This document shows, in pieces, positions 54,962 to 64,000 of a stretch of DNA of 64,000 nt (position 1 is the stretch's first letter; every line of letters begins with the position of its first letter). The notes below the pieces were generated by a model, which saw nothing but the letters and a program-made list of their open reading frames with translations, had not been told where the DNA came from and did no database searches. A program made the translations under genes and the position numbers. The stretch covers positions 18,652 to 82,651 of the forward strand of contig CAVVVF010000001.1 of the NCBI GenBank assembly GCA_963751665.1. The letters are read 5' to 3'. The DNA is from an uncultured Actinomycetes bacterium. GTDB lineage: Bacteria; Actinomycetota; UBA4738; HRBIN12.

Positions 54962-55496
54962 GGTGATCTTCACCGTGGGGCACGGCACGCGGCCGATCGA
55001 GGAGTTCCTGGCCATCCTGGACGCGGCAGGGGTCCGGCGACTGGTCGACGTCCGTACCGCGCCCGGCTCCCGGCGCCATCCGCAGTTCGGTCAGGATGCC
55101 CTGGCGGCCTCGCTCCAGGCACAGGCCATCGAGTACGTCTGGCGGAAGGACCTCGGCGGGTTCCGGAAGCCCCGGCCCGACTCACCCCACATCGCGCTTC
55201 GAAACGATGCCTTCCGTGGCTACGCCGACCACATGGAGACCGAGGAGTTCCGCTCCGCCCTGGACTGGCTGATCGACACGTCGCGCGACACGCCTACCGC
55301 GATCATGTGCGCCGAGTCGCTGTGGTGGCGGTGCCACCGCCGGATGATCTCGGATGCCCTTACGGTGGCCGGCTGCGAGGTGATCCATCTCCTCGACGGG
55401 GGGCGGCGCGAGCCCCACCGGCTGAATCCGAGCGCCAGGGTCGAGGGCTCTCGGCTGATCTACGACGTCGGCGCGCAGCAGGCCCTCGCGCCCTGA
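54962..55496 (+). CDS. DUF488 family protein
   Basis: IFTVGHGTRPIEEFLAILDAAGVRRLVDVRTAPGSRRHPQF...CAESLWWRCHRRMI; GTG start; the upstream MNPCLHLE ORF extension is just antisense tRNA. Confidence 0.65.
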
Positions 55497-55556
55497 TCCG
55501 GGTCCCGTCGACCCGTGCCCGGAACCGGGGTCGGCTTGATATCGTTCCTCGTTCCC

Positions 55557-57027
55557 ATGACCGACCGGATCCCATCGCGCCCGCTCCGCTCCGCGTTGCC
55601 GGCCGTGCTGCTGGTCCTGGCACTCCTGGCCGCGGCCTGCACGCGCTCGGACGCGGCGACGGAGGTCTCAGCCTCACCGTCGGCGAGCAGGTCGGCGCCC
55701 CTCCAGGGGTTCGACAACATCCAGCACGTCATCTTCGTGGTGCAGGAGAACCGGTCCTTCGATCACTACTTCGGGACGTTCCCCGGAGCGAACGGCATCC
55801 CGATGAAGGACGGGAAGCCGACCGTGTGCATCCCGGACCCGGTGCTCGGCACATGCGTCCGGCCGTTCCACGAGGCCGCCCTGATCAACCAGGGCGGGCC
55901 CCACGACCTGTCGCACTCGAAGATCGACGTGAACGGCGGAAAGATGGACGGCTTCGTCCGCTCGGTGGCCCAGTACTCGCCGAACCCGTGTGCCCGCACT
56001 CGACTGGCCCAGTACTGCGAGGGCACGCTCGGCCCCCAGGGCCAGCCCGACGTGATGGGGTGGCACGACGCGCGGGAGATCCCGAACTACTGGGCGTACG
56101 CGGAGAACTTCGTGCTCCAGGACCGGATGTTCGCCCCGACCGACTCGTGGACGCTCCCCGCGCACCTGTTCCTGGTCTCCGGATGGTCGGCCCGATGCCA
56201 GAGCCCGTGGAAGCCGATGAGCTGCGACGACCGACCTCCTCCAGAAGGGCGTCGTGGACCTCCAGCGCCACGGCGAGCACCCGCCGATCTACGCGTGGAC
56301 GGACATCACCTGGCTCCTGCACCGGGAGGGGATCAGCTGGGCCTACTACGCGGGGAAGAACCTGTGCGGGCCCGAGGTCCCGGTCAAGGAGTGCGCCTCG
56401 GGCGGCGCGACGCCCGCGCAGAACCCGCTGCCGTCGTTCACCGACGTGCACCAGACCAAGCAGCTCGGCAAGGTGCAGACCCACGATGACTTCTTCAACG
56501 CGGTCTCGAGCGGCACACTGCCGCAGGTCTCGTGGGTGGTGCCGGGACGGGGCGGCATCAGCGAACACCCGGGGACCGGCGCGCCGCTCACGGGCGGCCA
56601 GACCTGGGTCACCAGGGTGGTGAACGCCGTGATGCAGAGCCAGCTGTGGAACACCAGCGCGATCTTCGTCACGTGGGACGACTGGGGCGGGTTCTACGAT
56701 CACGTGGTGCCGCCGAGGGTGGACGGAAGCGGCTACGGCATGAGGGTCCCGGGCCTGCTGATCAGCCCGTGGGCCAAGGCCGGCACGATCGATCACCAGA
56801 CGCTGTCATTCGACGCGTACCTGAAGTTCATCGAGGACCTGTTCCTGGGGAGCCAGCGCCTGGACCCCAAGACCGACGGGCGGCCGGACTCCCGGCCCAC
56901 CGTGCGGGAGAACATGAAGCAGCTGGGCGACCTGCGGAACGAGTTCGACTTCACGCAGGACCCGCTGCCGCCGCTGATCCTCGACCCTCATCCGTCGCCG
57001 GGCCCGGCGTCGATCCCGGGGACGTGA
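55557..57027 (+). pseudogene. phosphoesterase family protein (phospholipase C / acid phosphatase AcpA family), copy 1, frameshift near 56230
   Basis: Lipoprotein-like signal; IQHVIFVVQENRSFDHYFGTFPGANG; C-terminal half ([18 protein letters not shown]...[17 protein letters not shown]) in a second frame. Confidence 0.65.
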
Positions 57028-57029
57028 CG

Positions 57030-58489
57030 ATGAAACCGTCCAGGCGGTCGCTCGCGTCGCTCCTCGCCTGCTTCGCGCTCGCGGCTGCCTGCGCGCACTC
57101 GGCCGGCGACTCCACCGGAGGGGACGGCCCAAGGGCCGGGGCCGCGAGCCCGGCCTCGCCCGCGACGACGGCACCACCGTCGCAGCTCGACCTGGCGAGG
57201 CAGCACATCGACCACGTCATCGTCATCGTCCAGGAGAACCGGTCGTTCGATCACTACTTCGGGACCTACCCGGGCGCCGACGGCATCCCCATGGCGAACG
57301 GCTCGCCCACCGTGTGCGTGCCCGACCCCGTCCTGCAGAAGTGCGTGCCCCCGTTCCACTCGACGAGCCAGCTCCAGAAGGGCGGACCCCACACCCACCG
57401 CCACTCGGTCGCCGACGTGGACGGGGGGAAGATGGACGGCTTCATCCGCACGGCCATCTCCGGAAAGATCGATTGCGCGACCAGCCGGAGTGATCCGGGG
57501 TGCGAGAGCTACCTGGGACCGCAGGGCCAGCCCGACGTGATGAGCTATCACACGCCGGGACGAGATCCCGAACTACTGGGCCTACGCCGATCACTTCGTG
57601 CTCCAGGACCGGATGTTCGCGCCGGCGGACTCCTGGACCTTGCCCGCGCACCTGTACCTGGTCTCGGCGTGGTCGGCCTCGTGCACGAGCCCGTACGACC
57701 CCATGAGCTGCTCGTCGGACCTCGGCCTCGGGGACCAGGCCGAAGATCCAGCGGGGTGGCCAGGTGCCGATGTGGGCGTGGACCGACGTCACCTGGCTCC
57801 TTGACCGGGCCGGCGTGAGCTGGGCCTACTACGTGGGCGAGGACACCTGCTTCATCGACCCCTGTCCCCATGCCAGCGGCAAGTACACGCCGGCGTTCCA
57901 GAACCCGCTCCCAGGGTTCACCACGGTCCGGCAGAACCACCAGCTCCGGAACATCCGCTCTCACAGCGACTACTTCGCGAGGGCTGCGGCCGGGACGCTC
58001 CCGTCGGTGTCCTGGGTCATGCCGTACAACGGCGCCGCCGAGCACCCGAGCAGCGGCCAGCCCATCTGGAAGGGCATGGCCCACGTGACGAAGGTGATAA
58101 ACGCGGCGATGAACGGGCCCGACTGGAACAGCACGGCGATCTTCCTCACCTGGGACGACTGGGGCGGGTTCTACGACCACGTCGTGCCCCCACGCGTTGA
58201 CGCGAACGGCTTCGGCATCAGGGTCCCGGCCCTGATGATCAGCCCGTGGGCCAAGGCCGGCACGATCGATCACCAGACGCTGTCGTTCGACGCCTATCTG
58301 AAATTCATCGAGGACCTGTTCCTGGGACGTCAGCGCCTGAACCCCAAGACCGACGGGCGGCCGGATTCCCGGCCCACCGTGCGGGAGAAGCTCCCGATCC
58401 TGGGCGACCTGCTGAACGAGTTCGACTTCGCGCAGGACCCGTTGCCGCCGCTGGCCCTGAACCCCACCCCGCTTCCCGGCACGCCGTAG
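57030..58489 (+). pseudogene. phosphoesterase family protein (PLC/AcpA family), tandem paralogue copy 2, two frameshifts (about 57545 and 57770)
   Basis: IDHVIVIVQENRSFDHYFGTYPGADG ... then three frames to reach ...[59 protein letters not shown], nearly identical to copy 1 C-terminus. Confidence 0.65.
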
Positions 58490-58609
58490 CCTTCCTGGCG
58501 GCAGCTATCATCCCGTGTTGAACGGAGGTGGAATCCCACGGAGCTTCAACGTGAGCTCGCCGGCGACCCGGCGCTCGAGGGAACCATCGAACGGTTCCGG
58601 AGCTCTGGC

Positions 58610-60027
58610 GTGGTCCTTCCGACCTTCGCCGAGCTGGCCGATCCGAGCAAGATCTCCGAACGGATCCGCCCGGCACTTGCCTCCGTGGATCCCGATGCGG
58701 CCCACCCACTGAACCTGTTCCGGGTCCACTGGTACAACGGCGCCCGATCGGAGGCAGCAGGTGACCGTGCCGGAGCACGTGGTGCTGTCCGCGCGAGCTC
58801 ACCGGGGTGGATGCGAGGATCGTGGTCGCGCTGGGGGACCGGTTCCCCATGATCGGCGCGCACAAGGTGCTGGCGGCCTACGGGTGCCTGGCTCCCCGCA
58901 TCGTGACCGGCAGCTTCGACCCGGGCCGCCACCGGGCGGTGTGGCCGTCCACCGGCAACTACTGCCGGGGCGGGGTGGCCATCTCCCGGATCATGGGCTG
59001 TCGAGGCGTGGCCGTCCTGCCCGAGGGCATGAGCCGAGAGCGGTTCGACTGGCTGGAGCGGTGGGTGGCCGAGCCCGAGGACATCGTGCGGACGCCCGGG
59101 ACCGAGAGCAACGTCAGGGAGATCTACGACGCGTGCAAGGAGCTGGCACGGGATCCCGAGAACGTGATCCTGAACCAGTTCTCCGAGTTCGGGAACCACC
59201 TCGCGCATTACGCGTGCACCGGCGCGGCGTTGGAGCGGGTGTACGAGTCCATGCGCGAGCGCGACGGCTCGCTTCAGCTGCGGGCTTTCGTGTCGGCGAG
59301 CGGCTCGGCCGGGACGCTCGGCGCCGGCGACTACCTGAAGGAGCGGCACGGGTCGAAGATCGTGGCCGTCGAGGCCCTGGAGTGCCCGACCATGCTGTAC
59401 AACGGGTTCGGCGAGCACAACATCCAGGGCATCGGGGACAAACACATCCCGTTCATCCACAACGTCATGAACACCGACGCCGTGACGGCGATCTCGGACC
59501 GGGACACCGACAGGCTGAACGTCCTGTTCAACACCGACGTCGGCCGAAGCCTGCTGGCCCGGCGGGGAGTGGAGGCCGGCGTGATCGAGGCGCTCTCCTC
59601 GTTCGGCCTGTCCAGCATCTGCAACGTGCTGGCGGCGATCAAGGCGGCGCGGTCCTTCGCCATGGGGCCGGACGATGTGATCGTCACGGTGGCCACCGAC
59701 GGCGCCGCCATGTACGGGACGGAGAAGGACAAGGTGCTGGGGCGCGACTTCCCGGACGGCTTCGACGAGACCGCCGCGGCCGAGACGTTCGGCGGCTCGC
59801 TCGAGGGCCTGAGCACCGATCACTTCCTGGAGCTCGGGGAGCGGGACCGCGAACGCGTGTTCAACCTGGGGTACTTCACGTGGGTCGAGCAGCAAGGGGT
59901 CTCGGTGGAGGACTTCACGGCGCGGCGGTCCCAAGGGTTCTGGCGGGACCTGCGCGACCAGCTACCCCTGTGGGACTCGATGATCGAGGAGCTCAACGCC
60001 CGCACCGGCCTGGCGGAGGAAGCGTGA
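58610..60027 (+). CDS. pyridoxal-phosphate-dependent enzyme, tryptophan-synthase-beta (PALP) fold, with N-terminal extension; apparent frameshift near 58800
   Basis: PALP-like core in 406 aa ORF (…[14 protein letters not shown]…[13 protein letters not shown]…); conserved-looking N-terminal peptide ([41 protein letters not shown]) lies upstream in another frame; start uncertain. Confidence 0.5.
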
Positions 60028-60031
60028 GGCC

Positions 60032-61378
60032 GTGACCGGGAACGCCACCTCCATCGTGTGCGCGGGGTGCGGCTTCGCCGTGCCGCCCGAGGAGCCTTAT
60101 CCCTTCCGATGCCCGAACGCCAGGCCCGGCGATGACATCGATCACGTGCTCGTCCGGGAGCTCGACCCCACCCACGTGGGGTTCCCCCAGGGCGACGAGG
60201 CCAACCCGTACGTTCGCTATCGCGAACTGTTCCACGCCTACCACCTGTGCCTCCGGCACGGGATGACCGACGGCGGCTTCGTCGACCTGGTGGAGTCGCT
60301 GGACAAGGCCGTGGCCGAGGTGGACGGCCGAAGCTTCCTGATCACCCCGTTCTTTCGTGCCGACGAGCTCTCGGATCGGCTTCGGTTCTCCTCGGAGGGT
60401 GGGGTGTGGGTGAAGGACGAGACCGGCAACGTCTCGGGCTCGCACAAGGCCCGGCATCTGATGGGGGTCATGCTGCTCCTTCTTGTCGCGGAACAGGCCG
60501 GCCTTGCCCCGGACGGGGAGCGACCCCTGGCCATCGCCTCCTGCGGGAACGCGGCCCTGGCCGCCGCGGTGGTGGCCCGGGCCGCGGACCGGACCCTGAA
60601 GGTGTTCGTCCCCACGTGGGCCGACCCGGACATCCGCTCGCGCCTTGAAGCCCTGGGGGCCGAGGTGGTGGTGTGCCGCCGGAAGGAAGGAGTGTCCGGC
60701 GACCCGGCGTACCTCGCCATGCGCGAGGCGCTGGATGAGGGGGCGCTGCCCTTCACCGTGCAGGGCCCGGACAACGGGATGGCCATCGAGGGCGGGGAGA
60801 CCATCGGCTACGAGATGATCTCGGAGCTCGCCCGGACCGACGTCGGCCTGGACCGACTCGTGGTGCAGGTGGGTGGCGGGGCGTTGGCCAGCTCGTCCAT
60901 CCGGGCCTTCGAGGACGCGGCTCTGCTCGAAGCCCGGGTCAAGCTGCCGAAGATCCACGCGGTCCAGACGCTCGGCGGCTACCCGCTCAGGCGGGCCTAC
61001 GGGCTGCTCGTCGCAAGGATGGAGGATCCCACTTCACCGGTCGACATCGTGGAGGCGCTGCGGTACGCGCGCACCCACCGCTCGAAGTTCATGTGGCCGT
61101 GGGAGGAGGAGCCGAAGAGCATCGCCACCGGCATCATCGACGACGAGACCTACGATTGGGCGGCGGTGGTCGCCGGGATGCTGGCCACCGGCGGCTCGCC
61201 GGTGCTCGTCTCGGACGAGACCGTCGTGGAGGCCGAGGCCATAGCCCACGTCACCACGGAGATCCCGGTCGATCCCACGGGGGCGGCCGGCCTGGCCGGC
61301 CTCCTGGAGCTGGTGCGGGGCGGCGAGGTCGAACCCGACGAGCGGGTGGCGGTGCTGTTCACCGGGAGCAAGCGCTGA
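60032..61378 (+). CDS. pyridoxal-phosphate-dependent enzyme (threonine-synthase-like PALP fold) with N-terminal zinc-ribbon
   Basis: CAGCGF...FRCPNARPGD Cys cluster; PLP-lysine region KDETGNVSGSHKARHL; glycine-rich loop VQVGGGALASS. Confidence 0.6.
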   Translation: MTGNATSIVCAGCGFAVPPEEPYPFRCPNARPGDDIDHVLVRELDPTHVGFPQGDEANPYVRYRELFHAYHLCLRHGMTDGGFVDLVESLDKAVAEVDGRSFLITPFFRADELSDRLRFSSEGGVWVKDETGNVSGSHKARHLMGVMLLLLVAEQAGLAPDGERPLAIASCGNAALAAAVVARAADRTLKVFVPTWADPDIRSRLEALGAEVVVCRRKEGVSGDPAYLAMREALDEGALPFTVQGPDNGMAIEGGETIGYEMISELARTDVGLDRLVVQVGGGALASSSIRAFEDAALLEARVKLPKIHAVQTLGGYPLRRAYGLLVARMEDPTSPVDIVEALRYARTHRSKFMWPWEEEPKSIATGIIDDETYDWAAVVAGMLATGGSPVLVSDETVVEAEAIAHVTTEIPVDPTGAAGLAGLLELVRGGEVEPDERVAVLFTGSKR

Positions 61379-61401
61379 ACGAACGAGGAGGAACGCAGAC
61401 G

Positions 61402-62391
61402 ATGAGGAGCTTCCTGGGCCGGGACATCCTGTCGCTCAAGGACTTCGAGCGGGAGGAGTACTTCCACGTCTTCGAGGTGGCCGATCATCTCGCGCCCCAC
61501 GCCCGGGACCGGCGGAACGGGGACCTGCTCCGGGAGAAGACCCTGGTCACCGCGTTCTACCAGCCGAGTACGCGGACCCGCCTGGCCACCGAGGGCGCCA
61601 TGCACCGCCTCGGCGGCCACGTATGCGGGTTCTCCGACGCCAAGATGACCAGGGCCGGGGACTTCTATCAGGAGTCCATCAAGGACACGGTCCACATGCT
61701 GGAGTTCTACGGCGACGTCATCGCCATGCGGCACTTCCAGCAGGGGGCACCGGCCGAGGCGGCGCGGTGGGCGTCGGTGCCGGTGATCAACTGTGGCGAC
61801 GGCTGGGGCGAGCACCCCACGCAGGTCCTGACCGACCTGTACACCATGTGGCACGAGAAGGGGACGCTCGACGGGCTCACGGTGCTCTGCGTCGGCGACA
61901 TGCGGATGCGGACCATGCACTCCATCCTGTACGCGATGTCGCAGTTCGACATGGAGGCGTTGATCGTGTGCCCGCCCGAGATGACGCTCCTCCCGGAGTT
62001 CAAGTCCGAGCTCGACGATCGGAGCGTGTCCTATCGCGAGGTCGAGTCGGTGGACAAGTGCATCGGCGAGGCCGACGTGATCTACATGGAGCCGGTGGTC
62101 CAGGCCGACTACACGAAGGGACGGGACGAGCGCGGGGGGGAGCTGCCGACGACGCCCGAGGCCTACCGGGTGACCCGGCAGCTGCTCCGGGACAAGGGCA
62201 AGAGCGACTCCATCGTGCTCCACTCGCTGCCCCGGATGGACGAGCTGCCGGTCGACGTGGACGATACGCACCATGCGCGATACTGGATCGAGGCCTACAA
62301 CGGCGTCGTGATGCGGATGGCCCTGCTGGCGCTGGTGCTGGGCGGCGGTGGAGTGACGCGAAAGGGGTGCCGGCCGTGCGGTTCACGTTGA
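61402..62391 (+). CDS. aspartate/ornithine carbamoyltransferase family protein (YgeW-like possibility)
   Basis: STRTR carbamoyl-phosphate motif, HPTQ motif, HSLP (HCLP variant); GAGGAGGAACG RBS. Confidence 0.7.
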   Translation: MRSFLGRDILSLKDFEREEYFHVFEVADHLAPHARDRRNGDLLREKTLVTAFYQPSTRTRLATEGAMHRLGGHVCGFSDAKMTRAGDFYQESIKDTVHMLEFYGDVIAMRHFQQGAPAEAARWASVPVINCGDGWGEHPTQVLTDLYTMWHEKGTLDGLTVLCVGDMRMRTMHSILYAMSQFDMEALIVCPPEMTLLPEFKSELDDRSVSYREVESVDKCIGEADVIYMEPVVQADYTKGRDERGGELPTTPEAYRVTRQLLRDKGKSDSIVLHSLPRMDELPVDVDDTHHARYWIEAYNGVVMRMALLALVLGGGGVTRKGCRPCGSR

Positions 62392-64000
62392 ACGGGGAGC
62401 CAGTCGAGGCCGAGGTCCGCCCGGGGATGAGCCTGCTCGAGCTGCTCCGCGAGGAGTGCGGCGTCACCTCGGTGAAGGACGGCTGTGCTCCCGAAGGCTC
62501 CTGCGGAGCGTGCACCGTGCTGGTCGACGGCAAGGCGGTCGTGTCGTGCGCCCAGAAGGCCGGACACGCGGATGGGCGGAGCGTGGTGACCCAGGAGGGG
62601 CTGTCGGCCGCCGAGCGCGACATGTGGGCGGACTGCTTCGTTGCCTCCGGCGCCTCGCAGTGCGGGTTCTGCTCGCCGGGCATCGTGATGAAGGCCGAGG
62701 GGCTCCTGGCCAAGAACCCCGAGCCGTCGCGCAACGAGATCGCTCGCGCGCTGGCCGGCAACCTGTGCCGGTGCACCGGCTACGTGAAGATCGTGGACGC
62801 CATCGAGTTCGCCGCGGGAGCCAAGCGCGGCGAGCCGGTGCCGGAGCCCGACTGGAGCGGGAAGGTCGGCTCCCGAACCGGCCGGTACCAGGGCCGGGAG
62901 CTGGCCCTCGGGCGACAAGCCGTACGTGAACGATCTGAAGGCCGAGGGGATGCTGCACGCGGCCATCCGGTTCTCCGATCATCCCCGGGCCAGGGTGCTT
63001 CGCATCGACGCGTCGACGGCGGTCGCGCACCCCGGCGTCGTTGCCGTCGCGACGGCTGCCGGACGTGCCCGGCGAGCGGACGCAGGGGTTGATCACCAGG
63101 GACTGGCGCCAGCTCGTCGCCGAAGGCGAGGTCACGAGCTACGTCGGCGACGTGCTGGCGGTCGTGGCCGCGGACACTCGCCAGGCGGCGCGCGAGGCCG
63201 CCGCGATGGTCGAGGTGGAGTACGAGGTCCTGGAGCCGGTGACCGACCCGTTTCGCGCGCTGGAGCCGGATGCGCCGAGGCTGCACGACGGCGGGAACCT
63301 GCTGTCGACCTCGATCGTGAGGCGAGGCGACGTCGACGCGGCCCTGGCGGGCTCGGCCCACGTGCTGACCGAGACGTTCCAGACCCAAGCCGTGGAGCAC
63401 GCCTTCCTGGAGCCGGAGTCGTCCTTCGCCGTGCCGCAGGACGGCGGCTTCCACGTGTCCTCGCAGGGCCAGGGGGTGTGGGAGGACCGGCGGCAGGTCG
63501 CCTCGTTCCTCGGCCTGCCCGAGGAGAAGGTGCGGGTGACGCTGGTGTCGAACGGCGGCGCATTCGGGGCCAAGGAGGACCTGAACGTCCAGTGCCACGC
63601 CGCGCTGATGGCACACCTCACCGGGCGGCCCGTGCTGCTCACGCTGACCCGCGAGGAGAGCCTGAAGTTCCACCCCAAGCGCCACCCGCTCACGATGGAG
63701 TACACGATCGGGGCCGACGCCGACGGCCGCCTCACGGGCATCCGCGCACGCATCGTGGGCGACACCGGCGCGTACGCGAGCGTCGGCGACAAGGTCCTGG
63801 AGCGGGCGGCGGGCCACGCGTGCGGGCCGTACCGGTTCGAGGCCGTCGACGTCGAGGCGAAGGCCGTGTACACGAACAACCCGCCGAACGGCGCGATGCG
63901 CGGCTTCGGCGTGAACCAGGTGGCGTTCGCCGTGGACGGCATGCTCGACCGGCTGGCCGAGAAGGTCGGCGTGGACGGCTGGGAGATCCGGTGGCGGAAC
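62376..64000 (+). CDS. xanthine dehydrogenase/aldehyde oxidase family protein: (2Fe-2S) small-subunit domain fused to molybdopterin-binding large-subunit domain; runs off window; at least 2 apparent frameshifts (about 62905, 63070)
   Basis: GCAPEGSCGACTV, SQCGFCSPGIVM, NLCRCTGY Fe-S motifs; then MLHAAIRFSDHPRARVLRIDAS...GVNQVAFAVDGMLDRLAEKVG (Mo-binding domain) in shifted frames. Confidence 0.65.

Noticed and set aside
61150-62274. 374-aa minus-strand ORF
   Set aside because: Antisense to the carbamoyltransferase, which carries STRTR/HPTQ motifs on the plus strand.
1-64000. CRISPR arrays, rRNA genes, additional tRNAs
   Set aside because: No short regularly spaced repeats, no rRNA-like conserved blocks, and no other cloverleaf-compatible tRNA-like segments were noticed on manual reading. 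Only the tRNA-Glu and its two partial copies.

Overview
High-GC (about 70%) bacterial chromosome segment, probably actinobacterial-type or a related high-GC Gram-positive or Chloroflexi lineage, read from sequence only. From left to right it holds four parts. (1) 1-4.8 kb is a gene-decay zone of frameshifted fragments: SMP-30/gluconolactonase-like, two DHFR-like RibD_C proteins, an ECF sigma with SnoaL domain, and an FAD-linked BBE-type oxidase with about 8 frameshifts. (2) 4.9-14.9 kb is a LacI-controlled sugar or inositol-type catabolic cluster: IolE-like TIM-barrel, Zn-ADH, Gfo/Idh/MocA dehydrogenase, and an ABC transporter (ATPase, SBP, two permeases). (3) 15.0-21.5 kb is a tightly coupled pair: an adenylate cyclase-AAA-TPR STAND protein (1180 aa) whose stop overlaps the start of a TLC (ATP/ADP-translocase-like)-HEAT-cNMP-binding membrane protein. 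(4) 21.6-54.9 kb is flanked by three direct copies of a 42-bp sequence equal to the 3' half of a tRNA-Glu(CUC) gene; the intact tRNA sits at 54849-54924 on the minus strand. This is the classic signature of two tandem tRNA-integrated genomic islands. Island 1 (about 26 kb) carries a complete Calvin-Benson-Bassham operon: cbbR, cbbL, cbbS, prk, a NuoF-like flavoprotein, a CBS protein, rpe, tkt, a GNAT-AAA+ fusion and class I fba. It also carries a Tat multicopper oxidase, a GAF histidine kinase/NarL pair, a frameshifted rve-family IS plus a second IS remnant bracketing a GH114-like hydrolase and a bactofilin, a methyltransferase, an SGNH hydrolase, a PD40 propeller and only a C-terminal fragment of a tyrosine integrase. 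Island 2 (about 7 kb) is dominated by a giant multiply frameshifted adenylate cyclase-SARP-kinase-like-NB-ARC-WD40 gene. Right of the tRNA lie DUF488, two tandem frameshifted PLC/AcpA-type phosphoesterases, two PLP (tryptophan-synthase-beta fold) enzymes, a carbamoyltransferase, and a fused 2Fe-2S/molybdopterin xanthine-dehydrogenase-family gene, an arrangement reminiscent of ygeW/ygeX/xdh. About 17 of roughly 45 genes carry frameshifts. These are either genuine pseudogenes or uncorrected indel errors; raw sequence alone cannot decide.
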